Shown: piece by piece, positions 28,479-36,567 of the stretch
How the letters are laid out: each line of letters begins with the position of its first letter
Numbering within the stretch: the stretch's first letter is position 1
NCBI GenBank assembly: GCA_035285125.1
Contig: JAYKHR010000007.1
Span: forward strand, 1-48,138
Source of the DNA: Candidatus Sericytochromatia bacterium
GTDB lineage: Bacteria > Cyanobacteriota > Sericytochromatia > S15B-MN24 > JAQBPE01
DNA: 48,138 nt
Direction of reading: 5' to 3'
Program-made: the position numbers and the translations under genes
Notes under the pieces: generated by a model
What the model saw: only the letters and a program-made list of their open reading frames with translations
The model's database searches: none
What the model was told of the DNA's origin: nothing

Positions 28479-29932
28479 CGGGGCTCCCCTCCCAGGGCAG
28501 GCGTCGCACCGGTGCGACGCCCCTGACGCGCCAGCAGCGCCACGAGGCCAGCGGCCACCCAGAACAGCTCCGCGACCGGCTTCTGGGCGATGATGTCGTT
28601 GGAGAACGCCCCCACGACCAGGGCCACCAGCGTGCCGCAGAGGCCCAGCGCGAGGGCGTCGCCCCGGTGCGACGCACAGGCCCGCCAGGCCTGCACCATT
28701 AGCGTCACCACCAGCCAGGCCCACAGGCCCAGCCCCACCCAGCCCAGCTCCAGGGCGACCTTGAAGTGGTAGTTGTCTGTCGGCACGCCGACCACGGTGC
28801 CGCGCATCTGGTTGCCGCCCGCCAGCTTTCGGGCGCCTCCTCCCGAGGTGTTCACGCCGTAGCCGAAGGGCCGCCGCGCGATCTCCGGCAGGTACTGCGT
28901 GACGTAGCCCACCCGGACGTTGAAGCTGGCGTCCTGCCCCGGCAAGGCGGCCGTCGCGAGGCGCTCGACGAGGCGGGTCGACCCCGTGCCGAGCAGCAGG
29001 GCCAGCCCCAGCGCCGCCAGCACCGAGGCCCCGGCCGCCAGCCGCCAGCTGCGGGAGGCCGCCACGAGGGCTGCGAAGCCTGCCACGAGGGCCACCACGG
29101 GTCCGCGCGTGTAGCTGAGCGCCATGGCGTAGAGCAGTGGCAGCACCGCGAGCCAGAGGGCCCAGCGCCACGGCGGGGCGGCCGTCTGGGCCCAGGCCAC
29201 GGCCTGCAGCGTGCCCGCCATCATCAAGAAGCCGAAGGTCGCGGCGTCCCCCATCGTCGAGAACACCCGCAGGTGGCCCCCGATGATGTGGGTCTGCGCG
29301 TTGCCCTCGGTGAGCAGCCAGGCCATCTCGTGCCAGAGCAGCCCGTGGTGGTGCTGGAAGATGCCGTAGGCGCCTGTCGCCAGCACCACGGCCAGCCACG
29401 TCCCCGCGAGCCAGCCCACGGCCCGCCTGTCGCGCACGTAGTAGAGCACGAGGAAGAAGCCCAGCACCCTGGCCGTCACCCGCAGCCCGACGAGGCCGTG
29501 GAGCAGCGACGGCGCGGCCGGGTTGAGCACCTCCAGCGCCGTGTAGCCGGCAAAGCAGGCCACGGCAGGCGTCAGGGGGGAGGCGAGCCGGCCGGGGTCG
29601 CCGTGGCGCACGAGGTCGACGGCGAGTCGCGCGGCCATGAGCGCCAGCAGGACGTCGAGGGCGAGCCCGATCGGGCTGCCGGCGCCGGGGGGCAGCAGCC
29701 GGATCAGGAAGCCGAGCACCGTCGCGTAGGCCAGCAGGCAGGCCACGCCGACCAACGGGTGCAGCACCACCAGCACGGCAGCCGGCACGGTGGCGAGGGC
29801 GATCATTGCCAGGCGGTCGAGCGTGCCGACGGCCGCGACGACGCCCGCCGTGGCAAGGGCGCCCAGCGCCCACCAGGCCAGCAGGACCAGCCCCGGCGTG
29901 GGGCGGGCGGTGGGGAGGGCCGTCTGCCGCAC
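28475..29932 (-). CDS. O-antigen ligase / Wzy-type polymerase family membrane protein
   Basis: Multiple TM helices, RVFSTM, SYTRG, PFGYG, TDNYH..LELG. Confidence 0.85.
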   Translation of the reverse strand: MRQTALPTARPTPGLVLLAWWALGALATAGVVAAVGTLDRLAMIALATVPAAVLVVLHPLVGVACLLAYATVLGFLIRLLPPGAGSPIGLALDVLLALMAARLAVDLVRHGDPGRLASPLTPAVACFAGYTALEVLNPAAPSLLHGLVGLRVTARVLGFFLVLYYVRDRRAVGWLAGTWLAVVLATGAYGIFQHHHGLLWHEMAWLLTEGNAQTHIIGGHLRVFSTMGDAATFGFLMMAGTLQAVAWAQTAAPPWRWALWLAVLPLLYAMALSYTRGPVVALVAGFAALVAASRSWRLAAGASVLAALGLALLLGTGSTRLVERLATAALPGQDASFNVRVGYVTQYLPEIARRPFGYGVNTSGGGARKLAGGNQMRGTVVGVPTDNYHFKVALELGWVGLGLWAWLVVTLMVQAWRACASHRGDALALGLCGTLVALVVGAFSNDIIAQKPVAELFWVAAGLVALLARQGRRTGATPALGGEPR

Positions 29933-29936
29933 GGCG

Positions 29937-31694
29937 TCAGGCCGCCCGGGCGGGCGCGTCGGCTGGCGCCTCGGCCGCTGCCTCTGGGGGCGGCTGCCCG
30001 GGCCGCCGGGCGCTCGCCAGCGCGGCCACGTAGCTCGCCAGGCCGCCGAGCCCCAGGCTCAGCAGGGCGCCGAGCACCAGCTTGAGCGGCAGCTTGGCCC
30101 CCTCCGGCTCGGGAGGCACCACGGCCGGGTCGACCACCGAGACGGGCACGCTCGTGGCGCCCATGGCCGCCAGCGTGGACTGGCCCAGCCGGGTCTGGAG
30201 CTCCATGTAGTGCCCCTCAGCCACCTTCACGTCGCGGGTGAGCTGGTCGTGTCGGACGTGGTCCTGGCTCGCCTGGCGCGTCTGCGGATGCAGGCGGGCC
30301 AGGGTGGCGTCGAGGCTCGTGAGCCGGGCGCGCTGCATCGCAGCGTCCGCCCGCAGCTGGACCAGCCGGGCTCTGGCCTCCGCGAGGGCGGGGTTCTGCT
30401 CGGTGGCCTCCGTCGCGCTGGTGCGCAGCTGGCTGCGGGCCCTGGCCAGCTGGGCCTGCAGGCCCTTGACCACGGGGCTGGCCGGGCCGTAGAGCGCCTT
30501 GGCGTCGGCCAGGTTGGCGGCCAGGTCACGCAGGCGGTCGCCCGCCGTCACCACGGCCTGCTGGTCGAGGATCCGCTCCGAGAGCAGCGGGTCCCGCCGG
30601 ATCGCCGCGAGCTCGCGCTGCACCACGGCCAGCGCCGCCGTGGTGGCCGCCAGGCTGCGCGCCGCCTCGTCCCGCTGCGCGAGCGTGTCGCTCGTGCGGC
30701 CCGGCAGCGCCGCCTGCAGCTCGGGCACGCGGTCCCGTCGGAAGCGCGTCAGCGCGCCCTCAGCCTCGCGCAGGCGCCGCGCGGCGGCCCGCGTTTGCGA
30801 CTCGAAGAACGCCTGGTCCGAGCGCGCGTCGAGGGACTGGGTCGAGGCGTAGTACCTGAGGAACTCGCGCACGACGGTGTTCGCCAGCTCGGCCGCTGCG
30901 GGGGCCTCGCTCGCCTCTGCCTCGAGGCGCAGCAGCCCGGCCTGGCCCAGGCGGGACACCGTGAGCCGCCGGGCCAGCGTCTCGGGGGTGTCCGCCAGCT
31001 TGAGCGTTCCGATCACCGCCGTGAGGACGGTGCGGCACTTCAGCAGCTCCATCACGTTCGCGATCAGCGTGCCCTGCGAGAACCAGTCGCCGCCGCCGCC
31101 CAGCAGCCGTTGCGCGCCGAGGCCGCTGTCGAGCGTGGCGCGGGCGACCCAGACGGGGGGGGTGTGCCAGGCGTGGGCCAGCACCCCGAGCTCCGTCGCC
31201 AGCACGAGCCCCAGCACGGCGGGAAGGTGGCGCCTCATGCGGCCCCACGGCAGCCCCCGGGCAGCCTCCTCGCCGGGCGAGGCCGGCTCGGGCACGAGGG
31301 CGAGGGGCACGCTGACCCCCACGAGGGGCCTTCCCCCGGCCTGCCCGACGACGGCGGGCAGGCGGCCCGAGGCCTCGCGCGCCACGGCGTCGGCGACGCC
31401 CTGCAGCCGGGACGCGAAGGGTGCGAGCTCGGGCGGCAGCGCGAGTGGCGGCAGGGGGCGGTCGAGGTGGCGCAGCAGCTCGCTGCCCAGCGTGGCCTCG
31501 GCATAGGCCGAGAACCGCAGGCCGCTGGCCGGGCGCCACTCCGTCGCGGCCCGCAGCAGCAGCAGCGCCGCGAGCGTCACGAGGGCGCGCGCCTGGCCCG
31601 CGTGGGCTGGGGCCAGTGCCTGGACCACGCGCGCCAGCACCCCGAGGTGGGCCTCGAACAGGCTGAGCGGGTCCTGGGGTTGAGGGGCTGGCAT
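29937..31694 (-). CDS. Wzc/GumC-like polysaccharide co-polymerase with N-terminal degenerate sigma-factor-like domain
   Basis: TM, long coiled coil, YGPASPVV and VVDPAVVP..P..KL motifs, C-terminal TM, no BY-kinase; N-terminus resembles sigma70 region 2-3. Confidence 0.85.
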   Translation of the reverse strand: MPAPQPQDPLSLFEAHLGVLARVVQALAPAHAGQARALVTLAALLLLRAATEWRPASGLRFSAYAEATLGSELLRHLDRPLPPLALPPELAPFASRLQGVADAVAREASGRLPAVVGQAGGRPLVGVSVPLALVPEPASPGEEAARGLPWGRMRRHLPAVLGLVLATELGVLAHAWHTPPVWVARATLDSGLGAQRLLGGGGDWFSQGTLIANVMELLKCRTVLTAVIGTLKLADTPETLARRLTVSRLGQAGLLRLEAEASEAPAAAELANTVVREFLRYYASTQSLDARSDQAFFESQTRAAARRLREAEGALTRFRRDRVPELQAALPGRTSDTLAQRDEAARSLAATTAALAVVQRELAAIRRDPLLSERILDQQAVVTAGDRLRDLAANLADAKALYGPASPVVKGLQAQLARARSQLRTSATEATEQNPALAEARARLVQLRADAAMQRARLTSLDATLARLHPQTRQASQDHVRHDQLTRDVKVAEGHYMELQTRLGQSTLAAMGATSVPVSVVDPAVVPPEPEGAKLPLKLVLGALLSLGLGGLASYVAALASARRPGQPPPEAAAEAPADAPARAA

Positions 31695-31697
31695 GGG

Positions 31698-32411
31698 CTA
31701 CCTCCTTGCAGCGGTGTGGGCCGGCACGAGCGCCAGCGCCGGGTCTGCCATCAGGGTCACGAGGGCGGCCCAGGCCTGGGCCGCCTGGCCGACAGTGGCC
31801 TGGGCCTCTGCCTGGGCCCGGGCCTGGGCCACCCGGGCGGCGAGCACCTGGTTGGAGGCCGCCTGCCCCCGGGCGAACTGGCGCTCCGCCACGCGCACCT
31901 CGGCCTCAGCGGCCTCGATGGCGAGCCGCGCCCAGCCCGCGGCCAGGCGGGCGGCCTGGTAGGTCGCGTGGGCTTGCGCCACCTGGCTGGACACCTCCAG
32001 CACCGTGCGGCGGTAGTCTGCCTCGGCCAGCAGCACGGCCTGCGCCGCGCGCTCGGTGGCCGCCGGGGCCGTGGCCACGTCTCCCAGGTTGAGGAACACG
32101 CCCAGGGCGGCCGTCGGCAGCAGCGTGCCCTCCGGGGTGACGACGGCGTTGGGGGCCCCGGGCAGGGCCACGTTGACGTTGGTCCTGAGCGCCCGCGCCC
32201 ACCACCAGCGCTGGGCCTCGGCGTCCAGGCGGGCCTGCGCGACGCGGATGCGCGCCGCCTCGATGGTGGGGTTGTGGCGCTGGGCGGTGGCCACGGCCTC
32301 CTCCAGCCTGACCTCTGCCAGGGAGGCTGCCGGCGCCTGGGCCAGGGCGGGGGCCTGGATCATCAGGCACGTGGCGAGCAGCCAGGGCCATGTCCGCTTG
32401 CGGGGCGTCAT
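31698..32411 (-). CDS. Short TolC/OEP-family outer-membrane protein
   Basis: Signal peptide, LEEAVATAQRHNP, VAERQFARG helical OEP-like repeat. Confidence 0.7.
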   Translation of the reverse strand: MTPRKRTWPWLLATCLMIQAPALAQAPAASLAEVRLEEAVATAQRHNPTIEAARIRVAQARLDAEAQRWWWARALRTNVNVALPGAPNAVVTPEGTLLPTAALGVFLNLGDVATAPAATERAAQAVLLAEADYRRTVLEVSSQVAQAHATYQAARLAAGWARLAIEAAEAEVRVAERQFARGQAASNQVLAARVAQARAQAEAQATVGQAAQAWAALVTLMADPALALVPAHTAARR

Positions 32412-32432
32412 CGGGGCCTCCTTGTCGGGGTG

Positions 32433-34097
32433 TCAGCGGGCGCCGCGGCGGGCGAGCAGGGCGGGGACGGTGCGCAGCAGGATGCCGAGATCGCCTCGGA
32501 ACGAGCGGGTGGCGGCGTAGAGGGCGTCGAGGGCCAGCCGCTCGCGCTCCGAGAGCTCGCTGCGGCCGCTGATCTGCCACAGGCCGGTGATGCCGGCCGG
32601 TGCCAGGAAGCGCGCGCGCTGCCAGTCTTCCGTCAGCGCCTCGGCCTCGTAGAGCGGCAGCGGGCGGTTGCCCACCAGCCGCATCTCGCCGCGCAGCACG
32701 TTCAGCAGCTGGGGCAGCTCGTCGAGGCTGGTGCGCCGCAAGAAGCGGCCGACCCGCGTGATGCGCGGATCGTCCTCGAGCTTGAAGAAGGCGCCGCCCC
32801 GGTACTGGTTCCTGGCGCGCAGCGCCTCCACGCGCTGCTCGGCGTCGGGGTGCATCGTGCGGAATTTGAAGCAGGGGAAGACCTCCGCCCGCGGCAGGCC
32901 CGGACGTCCGGGCAGGCGATCCTGGCCCGCCCGCAGCTGCACGAAGAGGGCGGGGCCCTTCGACTCCAGCCGGATGGCCGCGGCGATCGCCGCCATCAGC
33001 GGCGCCAGCGCCACCAGCAGCAGCGCGGCGAGCGCCTGGTCCAGCACGGTGTGGGCGCGCTCCGGGAGGGTGGGGCGCCAGGTGGCGCCGAGGCGCGCGG
33101 GGTCGTCGCTGGGCTCGGGCCGCGCCCCCGGCGTCCGCCAGGCCAGGGCGCCGTGGGGGTACAGCAGCCGCTCGTGAAACCGGGCGCCCGGCCCCACGCG
33201 GGTGCCCGGCAGCGCGGCGCAGGCCGTGAGCCGCGCCCCGCGGGCCAGCTCGGCCCCGGCCTCCACGCTCGTGCCGGGCCCCACCTCGGCGTCAGGCCCC
33301 ACCTGGGCCCCCGTCCCGACGTGGCAGGGGGCCCGGAGCCTGGCCAGGGCGTCCACGCGGGCGTCGGGCGAGACCCAGATGCCGGGCGCCCGGCGCTCGC
33401 CCGCGGGCGCCCAGCCGGCGACGTCGCCCGCCAGCACGGCGGCGAGGGCCTCGGCCCACGCGGCCGGCGTGGCGGCGTCGCGCCAGAACCCTGTCGCCAC
33501 CACGCCCGCGACGTCCTCGCCGGCGGCCCAGGCGGCCGCCAGCAGGGCCTCGTCCAGGTTGGCGTCGGCCACGCCGGGGTCGAGGGGGGGCAGCCGGCGC
33601 GGCGAGGCGATCACGATCCCCGCCGCGACGAAGGGGCCCCCCGCCTCTGGGCGCGCTCGACCCGCCGCGTCCAGCGCCAGGGCCTGGCCGGCCGTCGCGG
33701 CGCCCCGTGGCACCAGCAGGGTCGTCAGGCGGGTGCCGCCCGCCGCGTGCGCGGCCAGGGCGGGCCCGAGCGCCGCGTCCGTGACGAGGCTGCCGCGGCA
33801 GGCGACGACGGGGGCCTTGCCCCCCTCCTGCCACCAGGCCGCCAGCGCGGCCGGGCTCGCCGTCAGCACCGGGTGCACCTGGGCCTGGCGCGGCGGGTGG
33901 CCCTCGAAGTGGGCCGCTAGGGCGTGCGGCCGCTCGCGCAGCAGCACGTGGATCGCCTGCGCCCCCTGGCCCTCCAGCCAGGCGACCAGGCCCGCGACCA
34001 GCGGCCTGCCTGCGAGGGGAAGCAGCCCTGGGGGCGTGGCTTCGCCCGGCGGCCCGAAGGCCGGCGCACACCCCGTCACCTGGATCAACGCACGCAT
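32433..34097 (-). CDS. Priming sugar-phosphate transferase (WcaJ-like) fused to degenerate nucleotidyltransferase and left-handed beta-helix domains
   Basis: FKFRTM, DDPRITRVGRFLRRTSLDELPQLLNVLRGEM; N-terminal LLPLAGRPLV. Confidence 0.9.
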   Translation of the reverse strand: MRALIQVTGCAPAFGPPGEATPPGLLPLAGRPLVAGLVAWLEGQGAQAIHVLLRERPHALAAHFEGHPPRQAQVHPVLTASPAALAAWWQEGGKAPVVACRGSLVTDAALGPALAAHAAGGTRLTTLLVPRGAATAGQALALDAAGRARPEAGGPFVAAGIVIASPRRLPPLDPGVADANLDEALLAAAWAAGEDVAGVVATGFWRDAATPAAWAEALAAVLAGDVAGWAPAGERRAPGIWVSPDARVDALARLRAPCHVGTGAQVGPDAEVGPGTSVEAGAELARGARLTACAALPGTRVGPGARFHERLLYPHGALAWRTPGARPEPSDDPARLGATWRPTLPERAHTVLDQALAALLLVALAPLMAAIAAAIRLESKGPALFVQLRAGQDRLPGRPGLPRAEVFPCFKFRTMHPDAEQRVEALRARNQYRGGAFFKLEDDPRITRVGRFLRRTSLDELPQLLNVLRGEMRLVGNRPLPLYEAEALTEDWQRARFLAPAGITGLWQISGRSELSERERLALDALYAATRSFRGDLGILLRTVPALLARRGAR

Positions 34098-34114
34098 CTT
34101 GGGTCAGCTCCGGC

Positions 34115-34555
34115 TCAGGCGGCCCGGGCGGGCGCGTCGATGATCACGAACATGCGGTGGAGCTGGGTGCGGGCCAGCACGCGGCGGATCGGCGGCGAGG
34201 GGGCGCGCAACTCCAGCGTCGCGCCCGCCTGCTCGCTGTGGTCGAGCGCGTTCACGAGCGCCGCGAGGCCCTCGGCGTCCCAGGCCGTGACGTCGGTCAG
34301 GTCGATCTGCCAGCGGCGCGTGCCTCGCGCGAGGGCCTCCCGCGCCTCGGCCCGCAGCGTGGCGCCGAGCCGCCTGTCCAGCCGCCCTGCCAGGCGCAGG
34401 CAGGGCACGGCCCCGCCCTGATGCCACGTCACGCCATCTCCCTGTCGCCACCAAGCCTGCAGCCGCCCCAGGGCAGCCGCCCAGGGGGCTGGTGCTGCCC
34501 CGTCGGCCCACCCCAAGTGGGCCCTGGCCCCCAACGCCTTCGCGTGGCTTTCCAT
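34115..34555 (-). CDS. STAS-domain protein (anti-sigma-factor antagonist-like)
   Basis: LRLAGRLD, IDLTDVTAWDAEGLAALV, IRRVLARTQLHRMF; GGAGG RBS. Confidence 0.85.
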   Translation of the reverse strand: MESHAKALGARAHLGWADGAAPAPWAAALGRLQAWWRQGDGVTWHQGGAVPCLRLAGRLDRRLGATLRAEAREALARGTRRWQIDLTDVTAWDAEGLAALVNALDHSEQAGATLELRAPSPPIRRVLARTQLHRMFVIIDAPARAA

Positions 34556-34823
34556 GCCTCCACCTCCCCGTTGCGGCACCTGTGGCCGCGGTCTGCCTCA
34601 CCCTAGCCGGCGCGGGGCGGGGAGGAGAGGTGCAGGGCGGCCAAACCTGATCGGCGCTGCCGCCCCTGTGCGCGGGGTCACTCAGGTTCGGCGCCGGGCC
34701 TGCCGACAACCACCAGAGTTACCCGTCACTCCGGACGAGGCCAGCGGGCGTCCCCAGCCACCAGGATAGACCCCGGGCGCGGGATCGCGACGCGCCGCTG
34801 CCCCGGTGCCGGAGGACGACGAC

Positions 34824-35882
34824 GTGGCCGATCCAACGCCTCGCATGCCGCTGCTTCCCGACTACTACGCCATCCTGCAGGTCCACCCGAGGGCCAGCGA
34901 GGCGGTGATCAAGAAGGCCTACCGCACGCTGCTGCTCCAGGGCGGCCAGCACCCCGATCGCGGCGGCGATCAGGGCCGGGCAGCCGTGCTCACGGAGGCC
35001 TACGAGGTGCTGTCCGACCCTGCGCGGCGCAGCGATTACGACCGCTGGTACCACCGCCGGGCGCCCGAGGCCTCCGCGCCGGCGGCCGGGGACGTGCCGC
35101 TCGTTATGATCTGCCCCGCCTGTGCCACCAAGAACCGCGTGCGCTCCGAGGGCGTGCTCGCGATCGCCCGGTGCAGCCGCTGTGGTCAGGCCCTGAGCCG
35201 CCTGCCCAAGGTGGCGGCGGCCCCGCTGCCCGCACGCTGGATGCTGCTCGGGGGCCTCGGGCTGGTCGTCAGCGCGGCGGCGGCGTGGTGGGCCCTCACG
35301 AGCGGCCCGCTGTGGGCCGACCCGGTGGTCCAGGCTGACCGCCTCGCCAGGGCGGACCGGCTCGTCGAGGCCCGGGGCGTGCTGGACCAGGCCCTGCGCC
35401 TCGACCCCGACAACCCGCGCCTGCACGAGAAGCTCGGGGAGACCTTCTTGCTGGAGCAGCGCTACGAGGAGGCCAGCCTCCACTTCGCTCAGGCGGGGCG
35501 CCTGAGCCCCGAGAACGCCCACCTGCTCGCCCGCGAGGGACGCGCATTGCTGCTGCTCGGCCGCCTGCGCGAGAGCGAGCAGGCCTACCGCGCTGCGCTG
35601 CGGCTGTCGCCGGCCCACGTGCCGGCGCTGTCGGACCTGGGGCACCTGCTCGCCCGGCAGGGTCGCCATGCTGAGGCCGTGGCCTGCCTGGAGCGGGCGG
35701 TGCGGCTCGAGCCCCACGCTGATCTCGCGGACCACCTCCGGCTGGCGGGCCTGTACGAACGTCTCGGCCAGACGCGGCGGGCCATCGAGGCGTGGCGGGT
35801 GTGTCTGCGCGAGGGGCAAGGAGACCCCGGCGTCGTGACGCGAGCCCGGCGGGCCCTCGGCCGGCTCGGGGTGGCGGGCTGA
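34824..35882 (+). CDS. J-domain protein with Zn ribbon, TM helix and TPR repeats
   Basis: DYYAILQV..IKKAYR..HPD..EAYEVLSDP; CPAC/CSRC; TPR repeats. Confidence 0.88.
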   Translation: MADPTPRMPLLPDYYAILQVHPRASEAVIKKAYRTLLLQGGQHPDRGGDQGRAAVLTEAYEVLSDPARRSDYDRWYHRRAPEASAPAAGDVPLVMICPACATKNRVRSEGVLAIARCSRCGQALSRLPKVAAAPLPARWMLLGGLGLVVSAAAAWWALTSGPLWADPVVQADRLARADRLVEARGVLDQALRLDPDNPRLHEKLGETFLLEQRYEEASLHFAQAGRLSPENAHLLAREGRALLLLGRLRESEQAYRAALRLSPAHVPALSDLGHLLARQGRHAEAVACLERAVRLEPHADLADHLRLAGLYERLGQTRRAIEAWRVCLREGQGDPGVVTRARRALGRLGVAG

Positions 35883-35922
35883 ACGCGGCGGCAGCGAGGA
35901 TTTGATGTGCAGGCATCACAAG

Positions 35923-35941
35923 TTTAAAGGCCACTTAACAG
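35923..35941. promoter_or_regulatory. TTAA-N7-TTAA tandem box
   Basis: TTTAAAGG-CCA-CTTAACAG. Confidence 0.4.
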
Positions 35942-36075
35942 ATCCGGGTTAATCCTGAGGTAAGTTGGAATCAACCGGGGGCACCGGCGCTCCCGATGCG
36001 GCTCTCCGCTCGCCCAACCCTGCCCATCTTCGTCGCCTGGCGATCGCCGTGAGCCTCCTACTGGGGAGGGATTCG

Positions 36076-36498
36076 ATGCGCGCACGACAGACCGAACGGT
36101 TCGAGGCCACGCTCATCGCGTTGGCTGGGCACGTGGAGTCCACCGGCTTCGAAGGCCGGGGCGGGTTCCACGCCTGGGATCGCCTCAAGGGGCTGCTCAG
36201 GGGCCTGCAAGTCGCCCTCGACTATTACGAACTCGAGGGGGACGTCGCACCGGCGCGACGGGAGTTCGAGGCTTACCGCCGGGACCTCGCCAACGTGGGG
36301 CTGCAGCCCGACCGCTGGGTTGACGCCGAGATCAGCCGGCTGCTGGGCGACCTCGAGGGGCCGGCCAGCCGGTGGGAGATCACCGTCGGAGAGGCGCTGC
36401 CAGCGGACCCGCGGGCGCTTCCCGCGAACATCCTGGCCGTCAGGCCCGCAGCGCTCGAGGCGCTCGTGGAGCGCCGCCACCAGACCACCGGCGGCTGA
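36076..36498 (+). CDS. Hypothetical protein
   Basis: GGGAGG RBS with ATG; followed by a strong hairpin. Confidence 0.65.
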   Translation: MRARQTERFEATLIALAGHVESTGFEGRGGFHAWDRLKGLLRGLQVALDYYELEGDVAPARREFEAYRRDLANVGLQPDRWVDAEISRLLGDLEGPASRWEITVGEALPADPRALPANILAVRPAALEALVERRHQTTGG

Positions 36499-36512
36499 CC
36501 CGCCTCAGGCCT

Positions 36513-36549
36513 GAGCCCCTCACCTGCCAGGCGGGCAGGTGAGGGGCTC
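36513..36549. terminator. Hairpin between convergent genes
   Basis: Perfect 16-bp stem GAGCCCCTCACCTGCC / GGCAGGTGAGGGGCTC. Confidence 0.75.
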
Positions 36550-36567
36550 CTTGTTTGGTGGCACGCC

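Noticed and set aside
28479..29873. 843-aa version of the GT4 ORF
   Set aside because: Extension overlaps the Wzy/ligase gene out of frame; the start MKITLL at 28478 is coupled to its stop
29790..33920. 1376-aa plus-strand ORF
   Set aside because: Shadow of the minus-strand EPS operon
35902..35921. FNR/CRP-like site TTGAT...ATCAC
   Set aside because: Half-site spacing does not fit either consensus
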